Shown here piece by piece: positions 20,531-29,908 of a stretch of 64,000 bases of DNA (the stretch's first letter is position 1; each line of letters begins with the position of its first letter). The position numbers and the translations under genes are program-made. Below the pieces are notes generated by a model. It made no database searches. It saw nothing but the letters and a program-made list of their open reading frames with translations, and was not told where the DNA came from. Source of the stretch: Flavobacteriales bacterium (lineage in GTDB: Bacteria > Bacteroidota > Bacteroidia > M30B66); NCBI GenBank assembly GCA_040403315.1, contig JBBAKX010000006.1:12473-76472 (forward strand), given 5' to 3'.

Positions 20531-20592
20531 CTGCAAGCTTATTATTCATAAGAGTTTACCGCCTTTTTTAAATTATGATAAAGTACTTATGG

Positions 20593-21762
20593 TCATTTAT
20601 CATATTCCCGAAAGCTAGCGCCCAAGGTTCCTGCTCGCTGAACAGCCGTACTGCCGAATCGATTTCTAATCTTATCCATCGCTTGATAAAGTTCAATGAT
20701 GGAAGGCGTGTCTTCGAACAAACTGATTTGATAGGAACCTTGAACCATGTCGCTCAGTCTGATGCCAACCAATCTAATCAGGATCCGCCGTTGATAAAGC
20801 TGCTCAAACAATCGCTGAATATGGTCCATAATGGTTTTGTCGTTTGATGTATATGGTATCTTCAACTGCTTTGTTTCTGTGTTAAAATCAGAATATCTAA
20901 TTTTTACAGTGATGCATCCGGTTAAACGATTTTTTCGACGGAGCTTGTAAGCGAGTTTTTCGGCCATTGCCGTTAGTAAGGTCCGAATGGTTTTCACATC
21001 TATGGTATCGATTTCGAAAGTATGTTCGGTAGAGATTGATTTTTGTTCATGGTAAGGCTGAACCGGCGTTTCATCGATTCCATTTGCTTTTTTCCAGATT
21101 ACAAGGCCATTTTGCCCCATTACCTGCTGCATGGCGCTTGCAGGCATCTCTTGTAGGGTCGCGATTTTTCTGATGCCCATGCTGCAGAGTGTGGCGTAGG
21201 TTTTATCGCCAATCATGGGAATTTTATTTACAGATAAAGGAGATAAAAAGGGCTTCTCCTCTCCTACTGGCACTTTCAGTTGGCCATCGGGCTTGGCTTC
21301 TCCGGTGCCTATTTTTGAAACCGTTTTATTGCTCGATAAGGCAAATGTGATGGGCAGTCCAGTTTCTCTTACTACCTTCTGTTTGAGCTCAACCATCCAT
21401 TTCCAGGTACCGAAAAAGCGGTCCATGCCAGTAAGGTCTAAATAAAATTCATCTACAGAAGCCTTCTCACATAGTGGAGCCGCTTCACGGATGATTTCGG
21501 TAACCATAGAAGAGTATCGGGTATAAAGTTCCATATCGCCGCCAATGATAATTGCATCTGGGCAAAGTCTTTTGGCAAGTTTGATTGGCATTGCAGAGTG
21601 GACACCAAATCGACGGGCTTCGTAGCTGCAGGAAGACACCACGCCACGGTCGCTGTTACCTCCGATAATTAAGGGGAGTTTTTTCAGCCGACTGTCGCGT
21701 AAACATTCTACGCTGACAAAAAAGCTGTCAAGATCCATATGCGCAACCGACCTTTCATTCAT
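20593..21762 (-). CDS. dinB: DNA polymerase IV (Y-family translesion polymerase)
   Basis: The N-terminus MDLDSFFVSVE…, the catalytic acidic residues, and the little-finger domain are DinB-like. The product is 389 aa. Confidence 0.9.
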   Translation of the reverse strand: MNERSVAHMDLDSFFVSVECLRDSRLKKLPLIIGGNSDRGVVSSCSYEARRFGVHSAMPIKLAKRLCPDAIIIGGDMELYTRYSSMVTEIIREAAPLCEKASVDEFYLDLTGMDRFFGTWKWMVELKQKVVRETGLPITFALSSNKTVSKIGTGEAKPDGQLKVPVGEEKPFLSPLSVNKIPMIGDKTYATLCSMGIRKIATLQEMPASAMQQVMGQNGLVIWKKANGIDETPVQPYHEQKSISTEHTFEIDTIDVKTIRTLLTAMAEKLAYKLRRKNRLTGCITVKIRYSDFNTETKQLKIPYTSNDKTIMDHIQRLFEQLYQRRILIRLVGIRLSDMVQGSYQISLFEDTPSIIELYQAMDKIRNRFGSTAVQRAGTLGASFREYDK

Positions 21763-21896
21763 GACAGATTTATTTTGTTGACTGATTTAACATCAAATGT
21801 ACGACGAATAATCAGTCGATACAAGTGGAGGTTTTAAACAGAATAGAATCTCGTGGATTATCTAAGAAATTCGAACAAGTCCAACAAGATCATTGT

Positions 21897-21904
21897 TACT
21901 TTTG
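21897..21904 (+). promoter_or_regulatory. candidate -7 promoter element TACTTTTG upstream of the phasin-like gene
   Basis: TAnnTTTG matches 40 nt upstream of the ATG at 21944. There is no clear -33 TTTG. Confidence 0.25.
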
Positions 21905-21943
21905 CGTTATCCCGACGGCAATAATGCCTACAAAAAACGAACT

Positions 21944-22252
21944 ATGGAAGAAACGTTGAAAAACCTGATGTATCAGGGACTTGGAGTGATAGCAATCACC
22001 AAGGATAAAATGGAGAAAGCCATTTCTGAAATGGTAGAAAAAGGGAAGATGACGCGTGAAGAAGGCAAGAAATTCTATGATGAATTGAGCGAAGAAACTA
22101 CCAAAGCGGGGAAAGAGTTCCGGGAAAATGCCAAAGACAGCATCCGTGATTGGATCGAAAAGTCAGGAATTCCGTCAAGAGAGGAATTTGAAGCGCTCAA
22201 AGCACGTGTAGAATTATTAGAAGCAGATAAAGCACCTAAGACAGAAGCTTGA
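21944..22252 (+). CDS. phasin-family (PHA granule-associated, TIGR01837-like) small coiled-coil protein
   Basis: The 102-aa product (start at ATG 21944) carries LGVIAITKDKMEKAISEMVEKGKMTREEGKKFYDEL…REEFEALKARVELLE, typical of the phasin-like family that often precedes ABC1/UbiB kinases. Confidence 0.6.
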   Translation: MEETLKNLMYQGLGVIAITKDKMEKAISEMVEKGKMTREEGKKFYDELSEETTKAGKEFRENAKDSIRDWIEKSGIPSREEFEALKARVELLEADKAPKTEA

Positions 22253-23880
22253 TTTCTCGGGGAAAACGATATCGCGAAGTACTCAGCATTCTAGCTAAAA
22301 ATGGATTTGGAGACATTATCTCTCGAAATCTGTTCAGTCGCTTCAGAAAAAATACGTCTGGTCAGGCACAAAGAAAAGCCGACCGATGGACGCGATTTAG
22401 AAAAGCTTTAGAGGAGCTTGGACCTACCTACGTTAAGTTTGGACAAATTCTGAGCAACAGGCCCGGTATTCTGCCAGATGATCTGATTGCGGAATTGTCA
22501 AGATTGCAAGATCAAGTTGCGTCTTTTCCGTTCGAGGAAGTCAAGCAAATTATTGAAAGCGAGTTCGGGAAGCCACTACATGAAGTTTACCCGGAATTCA
22601 GCGAAAAACCTGTGGCATCTGCATCTATAGCACAGGTGCACAAGGCTAAATTACCCACCGGACAAATCGTGGCGGTGAAGATTCGCCGGCCGGGAATTGA
22701 GCAGATTATCAGGGCCGACGTGGTTATCATGAAAGATATTGCCAAATTGATGATGCGCAATAAAGAACTTTCATCACTTCGACCACTCGAATTGGTATCC
22801 GCGTTCGAAAAGACAATCCTTTCGGAGTTAGATTTTGATAAGGAATTCAGAAATCTTCGAAAATTTCATGAGCTCTTTCAAGGCGATGAAACCGTTAAAA
22901 TACCAGCACCGATTGAAGCGTATTGCAAGGAACAATTGGTTACCCTAGAGTTTATTGAAGGAATAAAAATCAACCGGAAGGAAGAGCTAAAAGCAGCCGG
23001 CTACGACTTGCAACTCATCGCCCGTAGAGGATTTGATGCCTTTTTCAAGCAAATTTTTGAATGGGGAAATTTTCATGCAGATCCACATCCAGGAAATCTG
23101 ATTGTACTGCCCGGCAATGTTATAGGCATTTTAGATTTCGGAATGGTCGGACAACTAAGCCCGGCCGACAGATCTGCTTTGGTTGAATTCGTGATTGCGT
23201 TAGGCAGAGACGACACAGCAAGAATCGTTGAAAATATTGAGAAGCTTCAAGGTAGTCCGATAGAAGATCGTTCGTCGCTAGAAAAAGATATGGCATCGTT
23301 TATTGCCGATTTTGGCGGGCAAGCCGTGATGGAGATCGATTTAAATGATGCATTAGAAAAAGGTAGGAAGTTGGCGTTCAAACACAACCTGAAGTTGAAC
23401 CCCGACTTATTTCTACTTTTTAGAGCGATTTCTCTATTGGAAGGCATTGGCATCAGTCTCGATCCAGAGTTTAGATCGCTAGACGTGATTAAACCCTATG
23501 CATTCAAATTGCTCAGAAAACAGCTGGACCCTAGGAATTTATTGAAGAACAAAGCCTTGATTTCATGGGCTGGAGATTGGTATCAATTGCTGCAAGTTTT
23601 GCCAGGAGATATAAGGAAGATTTCAGCTAAGTTGAGGGACGATCAATTAAAAATAAGAACTGAAAATCCAGCCACTGATCGTTTATCCAAACAAGTGAAG
23701 CAAACAGGCAACCAACTATCGAAAACACTGGTGTTCATAGCATTGCTTGTTTTAGGTATTTACAGCCTTGAAATGAAACTTCCAATTGTTGCTTGGGATC
23801 TGAATTGGATGGGAGTTGTAGGTTTTGGGCTTTCGTTTCTGATACTCCCGGGATTGATCCGAAGCTGGTTTAGGAAATAA
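22249..23880 (+). CDS. ABC1/UbiB-family atypical protein kinase (AarF domain) with C-terminal TM helices
   Basis: It has the ABC1 signature region (…ASASIAQVHKAKL…), kinase-like catalytic motifs (HADPHPGN, ILDFG) and two C-terminal hydrophobic helices. A TTG start overlaps the phasin stop (cTTGA), consistent with translational coupling. Confidence 0.85.
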   Translation: MISRGKRYREVLSILAKNGFGDIISRNLFSRFRKNTSGQAQRKADRWTRFRKALEELGPTYVKFGQILSNRPGILPDDLIAELSRLQDQVASFPFEEVKQIIESEFGKPLHEVYPEFSEKPVASASIAQVHKAKLPTGQIVAVKIRRPGIEQIIRADVVIMKDIAKLMMRNKELSSLRPLELVSAFEKTILSELDFDKEFRNLRKFHELFQGDETVKIPAPIEAYCKEQLVTLEFIEGIKINRKEELKAAGYDLQLIARRGFDAFFKQIFEWGNFHADPHPGNLIVLPGNVIGILDFGMVGQLSPADRSALVEFVIALGRDDTARIVENIEKLQGSPIEDRSSLEKDMASFIADFGGQAVMEIDLNDALEKGRKLAFKHNLKLNPDLFLLFRAISLLEGIGISLDPEFRSLDVIKPYAFKLLRKQLDPRNLLKNKALISWAGDWYQLLQVLPGDIRKISAKLRDDQLKIRTENPATDRLSKQVKQTGNQLSKTLVFIALLVLGIYSLEMKLPIVAWDLNWMGVVGFGLSFLILPGLIRSWFRK

Positions 23881-25777
23881 ATTCCCAAGCCGAATGATAA
23901 TGTCCTTCATTCATGCAATAGGTAATTAATTTATCGTAGAAAGGATCATTGGCCAATGTGGCGCTATCACCTACCATCACCAACTTAAACTTGGCTCTAG
24001 TCATAGCTACATTCATCCGACGATAATCTTTGAGAAATCCGATTTCATTGCGGTCGTTTGAACGTACCAAGGAAACAAAAACGATATCGCGCTCTTGACC
24101 TTGGAAAGAATCGATCGTTTGAATTTGAACCTTTAGGTTTGGGATTCCATCCGAGAATCTGTCAGTGAATTCATGTTGAATCAATCGAATTTGCTGACTA
24201 TATGGAGAGATAATCGCTACAGAGTAAATATGACTACCATTAAGCGATTCGCTCAGTAATAGCAATTGATTGAAGATCAGATCAACTTCTCCTGGATTAG
24301 TAAAACTGCGTGATTCTTGGTTTGTGATTTCTTCATATCCCAATCCTGCTGTATCCAAAAGCATAACGCCAGAATCATCTTGAATATAGCGCAAACCAAG
24401 ATGCTCGGCGGCTTTCAATTGACCTTTGTAAAACCACAAATTAGGGAAAGCCATAATCGTAGGATTCATCCTATATTGAATGTTTAATAAGGCAACTGGG
24501 ACATTGTCCATCGCTTTTTCCATTAACGTGAGCGAAAGGCCTCCTTTAGCCGCAGCATCAGATTTAATAGTTGGAGGAAGTTGAAAGGGATCACCAGCCA
24601 TCACAACCCGATTGGCTTTTAAAATAGGTATCCAACACAGTGGTTCTGATGCCTGAGCTGCTTCGTCGATAAACACAAAATCGAACATTAACTTCGAAGG
24701 AGCAGAGTTGTTAGCACCTACCAAAGTACAAGTGATCACCTCTGCTTGTTCATAAATGGAATCAACGATCATCCGTTCCATTTTCACAGCATCTTTTGTA
24801 AGTGCTCGAGCTTCCTGAATTAACAATTTTCTTTGCTCACGCTCTGCAGGACCAAAATTTCGCTTGTATTTACCTGCCATCCTTCTGAATTCATCGGCAC
24901 GCTTCCTTGCTTCCTTGATGAAGCTGTATTCCTTTGATAGTTTGAGCAATCCATCCGTTGTAATAGATTCTAGTTCTGCAGAAATCCTCACAGGATTACC
25001 AGCTCTTACAACCTTTACTCCTGCCTTTAACAAACTAATACTCACATGATCTGCTGCTGCATTAGAAGGAGTCGCAATAAGAATATTGGCACCTTGCTTT
25101 GAAATTTGCTTAGCTGCCTCTATCAGCGTTGTTGTTTTCCCTGTGCCTGGAGGACCATGAATAATACAAACGTCATTAGTTTCCAAAATAAGTTTAACAG
25201 CCTCATTTTGTGATGTATTCAAACTATTACTTGAAGTAAATTCAAAGATTGATTGTTCAATTTGAGTTTGATTAATTCCTAACAGGATATTTCTCAAATC
25301 AGCTAATTTGCAATTCTTGGCATTTTGAACCAATTCGAGCGTTTCGAAAGCCAATCGATAGCTTTGTTCATCGAAAAGTAATTGTATCCCAAGCTTCCCA
25401 AAGTCGATTATTTCAGGAAGCTCATCTCGAAAAAATACAATTCTGATTTGGTCACCGAAAACTTTCTCTACAGCTCCATTGGCCTCATCCTCTGGTTCTC
25501 CATCAAGTGAGAAAATACGAATAGGCTTTCCCGGACTAAATTGGTGAGGTGACTTTTGGTTCTTGGTTCTTTCAGCAACAACAAAAGGGTAATCGCCAAA
25601 ACCATATCCAGTTTCTATTATCCTTAGTGGAAACCAACAAATCCCAATCTCCGCCCGATGGTGAACCGAGCCAGATTGAACAGCGGCTTCAAATGATTTC
25701 GCGTCTTCCGCTTTCTCTAATTCGAGAAGTTTACGGAGCTTTTCGAAGTATGCAATCGTTTGATCTATAGAGGCCAT
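23870..25777 (-). CDS. SF1 DNA/RNA helicase of the Upf1/DNA2/IGHMBP2-like (AAA_11/AAA_12) family with a ~190-aa N-terminal domain of unknown function
   Basis: It has Walker A (IIHGPPGTGKTTT), motif II (FIDEAAQ) and C-terminal RecA-like motifs (…VDSFQGQERDIV…). The product is 635 aa. Confidence 0.8.
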   Translation of the reverse strand: MASIDQTIAYFEKLRKLLELEKAEDAKSFEAAVQSGSVHHRAEIGICWFPLRIIETGYGFGDYPFVVAERTKNQKSPHQFSPGKPIRIFSLDGEPEDEANGAVEKVFGDQIRIVFFRDELPEIIDFGKLGIQLLFDEQSYRLAFETLELVQNAKNCKLADLRNILLGINQTQIEQSIFEFTSSNSLNTSQNEAVKLILETNDVCIIHGPPGTGKTTTLIEAAKQISKQGANILIATPSNAAADHVSISLLKAGVKVVRAGNPVRISAELESITTDGLLKLSKEYSFIKEARKRADEFRRMAGKYKRNFGPAEREQRKLLIQEARALTKDAVKMERMIVDSIYEQAEVITCTLVGANNSAPSKLMFDFVFIDEAAQASEPLCWIPILKANRVVMAGDPFQLPPTIKSDAAAKGGLSLTLMEKAMDNVPVALLNIQYRMNPTIMAFPNLWFYKGQLKAAEHLGLRYIQDDSGVMLLDTAGLGYEEITNQESRSFTNPGEVDLIFNQLLLLSESLNGSHIYSVAIISPYSQQIRLIQHEFTDRFSDGIPNLKVQIQTIDSFQGQERDIVFVSLVRSNDRNEIGFLKDYRRMNVAMTRAKFKLVMVGDSATLANDPFYDKLITYCMNEGHYHSAWEFIS

Positions 25778-25802
25778 GCATACTTAAGTTGAAACAAAAA
25801 AA

Positions 25803-28409
25803 TTACAATGATTTGGCTTTTTCGAGGGCAGATTTCATGCCTTCAGGTTTTGATCCACCTGCTGTAGCATAGAAATTTTGACCACCTCCGCCACCTTGAA
25901 TTTCTTTGGCAAGATCACGAACGATGTTTCCAGCATTAAGTCCAGCTTGAAGCGCTTGCTCACCTAGAGCAACTGTTAACATTGGCTTTCCTCCACTGAA
26001 ATGCCCGAGAACGATGAGCAATTCTGGATATTGCGCTTTTAAGTCGAATGCGATATTCTTAACCAATTCGGGAACATCAAGATCTATTTCTTGAACGATT
26101 CGTTTTAGGTTTCCAAATGGTTCGATTGCCGCTTCCAATGATTTACGAATACTTCCAGCCTTATCTCGATTGAATTGCTCAAGTTTTTTCTCGAGCAGAT
26201 TCTTGTCCTCAATTAACTGCTGCAAACCTTTGATCGGATCATTAGGAGACTTGAGAAGATCCTTCATTTGAAGGATTAACTGACTCTCCATACGAATCTG
26301 ATTTTCAACGGCTTCTCCAGTAATAGCTTCAATTCGCCGAATACCTGCTGCGACAGCTCCTTCTGATGAAATTCGTAACATGCCGATATTGCCCGTAGCT
26401 GGAACATGTGTTCCTCCACATAGCTCCACAGAATAAGAAGGATCAAAAGTGATCACACGAACAACATCGCCATATTTTTCCCCGAAAAGAGCCATTGCAC
26501 CAAGCTTTTTAGCTTCTTCTATGGGGAGAACTTTGATGTCGCGGTTGATGTTCTCGAGAATTTTATCATTTACAATTCGTTCAATCTTCGCTAATTCTTC
26601 GTCTGTAACTTTAGAAAAATGTGAAAAATCGAATCGTAGATATTTTTCGTTTACAAGCGACCCTTTTTGTTCTACATGGGTTCCTAAAACCGACCTTAAT
26701 GCTGCATGCAAAAGATGTGTAGCAGTGTGATTACGCATAGTTGAAATGCGTTTCCCTCCATTAACTTCTGCTTTGAAAGTTGCATCAAGATCTTTGGGTA
26801 ATTTATCGGCAAAATGAACGGTAACTCCATGCTCTTTGCGCGTGTCGAGAATTTCTATTCGATCGTCGCCTGATGTAATAATTCCTGTATCACCAACTTG
26901 TCCGCCGCTCTCAGCATAAAAAGGAGTCAAGTTAAAAATGAGTTGATATTGCTTCTTCCCTTTTGTTTGAACTTCTCGGTAACGAGCTATTTTCACATTT
27001 GCATCGAGGAAATCATACCCTACAAAATCTTGTTGATCATCTTCCATCACTTCGATCCAATCGCTAGCTTCTACAGAGGCGGCAGATCGACTTCTTTCTT
27101 TTTGTTGACGGAGATTTTCAGCAAAACCATCCATATCGACGGTTAAACCTTGTTCTCGAGCCATGAGCTGAGTCAGGTCAATTGGAAAACCGAAAGTGTC
27201 AAATAACTCAAACGCGAAGGCTCCAGGAACGATTGAACCTTCAGGATTCTTCGATGCAAAATCATTGAATTTTACGATTCCTGTTTCAAGTGTCCTGAGG
27301 AAGGATATTTCTTCTTCTTGAATAACCTTTTCGATGAGACCTTTTTGTGCCTCAAGTTCTGGGAATTGACGACCCATTTGATCGGAAAGCGTTGGAATCA
27401 ACTTGAAAAGGAAAGGCTCTTTCAAATTGAGGAAAGTGTAACCGTAGCGAACTGCTCTGCGGAGGATTCTTCGTATTACATATCCAGCTTTGTTGTTTGA
27501 CGGTAATTGTCCATCGGCAATTGCAAAAGCAATGGTTCTTATATGATCAGACATAACGCGCATAGCGATGTCTGTTTTTTCGGAATTGCCGTATTTAAAA
27601 CCTGAAACAGCTTCAATGAATTGAATGAGAGGCTGGAAAACATCGGTATCGTAATTTGATTGTTTTCCTTGAAGCGCCATGCAAAGACGCTCGAAGCCCA
27701 TACCTGTATCAACGTGCTGTGCAGGAAGTTTTTCAAGCGAGCCATCCGCTTTACGGTTGAACTCCATAAAAACGTTGTTCCAAATCTCGATCACCTGAGG
27801 ATGAGATTCGTTAACAAGCAATTTGGCATCAACTCTATTACGTTCTGATTCATCTCGAAGGTCTACATGGATTTCGGAACAAGGCCCACATGGTCCAGTT
27901 TCGCCCATTTCCCAGAAGTTGTCTTTTTTGTTTCCTTTCAGAATTCGGTCTTCTGAAATCCACTTTTTCCAAAAATCGAAAGCGTCTTGATCAAAAGCTA
28001 GATTCTCTGACGAATCGCCTTCGAAAACGGTAACATACAATCTTGATTTGTCGATTTTATAGACCTCTGTGAGTAATTCCCAAGCCCATTCGATAGCTTC
28101 TTCCTTGAAATAATCTCCGAAAGACCAATTCCCCAGCATTTCGAACATTGTGTGGTGATAAGTATCAACACCAACTTCTTCGAGATCGTTGTGTTTACCG
28201 GAAACCCGAAGGCACTTCTGCGTGTCGGCTATTCTTGTATATTTCACCGCTGCATTCCCAAGGAAAATGTCTTTAAACTGGTTCATCCCTGCGTTGGTGA
28301 ACATCAAAGTGGGATCGTTTTTAATCACCATCGGTGCTGATGGAACAATTTGATGACCCTTAGATGCAAAGAAATCTAGGAATGTTTGACGGATTTGTTG
28401 GGCGTTCAT
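25803..28409 (-). CDS. alaS: alanine--tRNA ligase
   Basis: It has the FTNAGMNQFK motif, a class II core, an editing domain (HTATHLLH … CGGTH) and a C-terminal DHHA1 domain. The start is placed at MNAQQIRQTF (28409); the ORF extends to 28478. Confidence 0.95.
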   Translation of the reverse strand: MNAQQIRQTFLDFFASKGHQIVPSAPMVIKNDPTLMFTNAGMNQFKDIFLGNAAVKYTRIADTQKCLRVSGKHNDLEEVGVDTYHHTMFEMLGNWSFGDYFKEEAIEWAWELLTEVYKIDKSRLYVTVFEGDSSENLAFDQDAFDFWKKWISEDRILKGNKKDNFWEMGETGPCGPCSEIHVDLRDESERNRVDAKLLVNESHPQVIEIWNNVFMEFNRKADGSLEKLPAQHVDTGMGFERLCMALQGKQSNYDTDVFQPLIQFIEAVSGFKYGNSEKTDIAMRVMSDHIRTIAFAIADGQLPSNNKAGYVIRRILRRAVRYGYTFLNLKEPFLFKLIPTLSDQMGRQFPELEAQKGLIEKVIQEEEISFLRTLETGIVKFNDFASKNPEGSIVPGAFAFELFDTFGFPIDLTQLMAREQGLTVDMDGFAENLRQQKERSRSAASVEASDWIEVMEDDQQDFVGYDFLDANVKIARYREVQTKGKKQYQLIFNLTPFYAESGGQVGDTGIITSGDDRIEILDTRKEHGVTVHFADKLPKDLDATFKAEVNGGKRISTMRNHTATHLLHAALRSVLGTHVEQKGSLVNEKYLRFDFSHFSKVTDEELAKIERIVNDKILENINRDIKVLPIEEAKKLGAMALFGEKYGDVVRVITFDPSYSVELCGGTHVPATGNIGMLRISSEGAVAAGIRRIEAITGEAVENQIRMESQLILQMKDLLKSPNDPIKGLQQLIEDKNLLEKKLEQFNRDKAGSIRKSLEAAIEPFGNLKRIVQEIDLDVPELVKNIAFDLKAQYPELLIVLGHFSGGKPMLTVALGEQALQAGLNAGNIVRDLAKEIQGGGGGQNFYATAGGSKPEGMKSALEKAKSL

Positions 28410-28530
28410 TTGGCTTTTAACGAAAATTAAGATTTGCTCAAAGTGCCGCAAAGGTAATAATTCGGGCAGTATTGCCAACTTCTTGGCTTGATTGAAAACC
28501 TAAAATTAAGGCCTAAGAAGATGAATAGTC

Positions 28531-28538
28531 TATTTTTG
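28531..28538 (+). promoter_or_regulatory. candidate -7 promoter element TATTTTTG upstream of the M23 peptidase gene
   Basis: TAnnTTTG matches 20 nt upstream of the TTG start at 28558. Confidence 0.3.
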
Positions 28539-28557
28539 TGTTCCTAAAATTTTCAGT

Positions 28558-29529
28558 TTGGCAAAAGTTAAGTATCAATTCAACACCAAGTCATTGAGTT
28601 ATGAGCGCATTAAACCCGGCACGCGTGACCGGATGATGCGGATTCTCTCATTTGCCGGGACGGGAGTTGTATTTGCAGCATTGGGTGTTCTGATTGCCTA
28701 CAACACCATTGATTCTCCGAAGGAAAAGCAGTTAAATCGAGAGTTGGATCAGATGCGCTTGGAGTATGATTTGGTGAATCAACGTCTGAAACAAATGAGT
28801 ACAGTACTTGAAGATCTTCAGGATCGAGATGATAATATTTATCGTGTTGTTTTTGAGGCGGAGCCAATTCCAGACGAGGTTCGAAAGGCAGGGTTTGGAG
28901 GGGTGAACCGTTATAGCAAGTACAAGGAACTTGAGAACCGGGATTTGTTGACCGAAACGATGCGCAGAACCGACATCTTGTCGAAGCAAATGGTAATTCA
29001 GAGTAAATCATACGACGAAATTTTTACGATGATTCGGAATAAGGCGGCTATGTTGTCTTGTATTCCTGCAATTCAACCGGTTAACAATAAAGATTTGAAG
29101 AGGATGGCGTCTGGCTTTGGCTACCGTACCGATCCGATTTACAAAACCACTAAATTTCATGCTGGGATGGACTTTGCTGCGTCTGTTGGTACGGAGATTT
29201 ATGCCACTGGTGATGGAGTTGTTGTTCGTGCAGATGCCGATGGTTCTGGCTATGGAAATCACGTTCGGATCAACCATGGTTACGGATACCTTACTTTGTA
29301 CGGACATATGAGTAAAATTGCTGTTCGCCCAGGGCAGAAAGTAAAAAGAGGTGATGTTATTGGTCTTGTAGGAAACACAGGTAAGTCTGTTGGGCCTCAC
29401 TTGCATTATGAAGTTCATAAAAACAACGAGGCGATTAACCCAGTGAACTTCTATTATAACGATTTGACTCCTGAGGAATATGCTCGAATGATTGAGTTGA
29501 GTGGTACCGAAAACCAAGCGTTCGACTAA
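28558..29529 (+). CDS. M23-family peptidoglycan metalloendopeptidase with an N-terminal TM anchor and coiled coil
   Basis: The N-terminal TM helix (ILSFAGTGVVFAALGVLIAY) and coiled coil are followed by the LytM/M23 catalytic motifs HAGMDFAA…, GYGNHVRINHGYG, and LHYEV (HxH). Confidence 0.85.
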   Translation: MAKVKYQFNTKSLSYERIKPGTRDRMMRILSFAGTGVVFAALGVLIAYNTIDSPKEKQLNRELDQMRLEYDLVNQRLKQMSTVLEDLQDRDDNIYRVVFEAEPIPDEVRKAGFGGVNRYSKYKELENRDLLTETMRRTDILSKQMVIQSKSYDEIFTMIRNKAAMLSCIPAIQPVNNKDLKRMASGFGYRTDPIYKTTKFHAGMDFAASVGTEIYATGDGVVVRADADGSGYGNHVRINHGYGYLTLYGHMSKIAVRPGQKVKRGDVIGLVGNTGKSVGPHLHYEVHKNNEAINPVNFYYNDLTPEEYARMIELSGTENQAFD

Positions 29530-29542
29530 TACCGTTTTGCAA

Positions 29543-29908
29543 TTAGGCGATTTCCAATTCATCGAATCTGCTCATTTTTTTGTTGATCAACATGCGGACG
29601 TGATTAACATCGCTTTGTAGTCTTTCGTGTTCTAACTTACTGATGTAGCCGATATGCATTGAAAATTCGAGAAGAAATTCGGTTTCCGACAAATGGTATC
29701 TTGCCAACATGAGCATATCTGAACGCATATCGAGACCTGGAGAATGGCTCTCGGCAATTCGATTAGGAATTCTTAATGCTGATTGAAGCAATTGGAAACT
29801 GATTCCTTTTTCGCTCTTTTCGGATGTCGGAAAACTTCGAGTAATTTGATTGATAGAGATCGCTAAATCAATAGATCGTTTCCAAGCAAATGTTTTTTTG
29901 TAATTCAT
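29543..29908 (-). CDS. four-helix-bundle protein (TIGR02436 family; 23S rRNA intervening-sequence-protein-like)
   Basis: The segment …FAWKRSIDLAISINQITRSFPTSEKSEKGISFQLLQSALRIPNRIAESHS… matches the family pattern. The start is placed at MNYKK (29908). Confidence 0.55.
   Translation of the reverse strand: MNYKKTFAWKRSIDLAISINQITRSFPTSEKSEKGISFQLLQSALRIPNRIAESHSPGLDMRSDMLMLARYHLSETEFLLEFSMHIGYISKLEHERLQSDVNHVRMLINKKMSRFDELEIA

Noticed and set aside
28610-29011. 133-aa antisense ORF within the M23 peptidase gene
   Set aside because: It is a shadow ORF of a well-supported coding frame.
29008-29562. 184-aa ORF on the minus strand, antisense to the M23 peptidase gene
   Set aside because: The plus-strand frame carries unmistakable M23/LytM catalytic motifs (HxxxD, HxH). 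The antisense ORF has no motifs and a skewed composition, so it is a shadow ORF.
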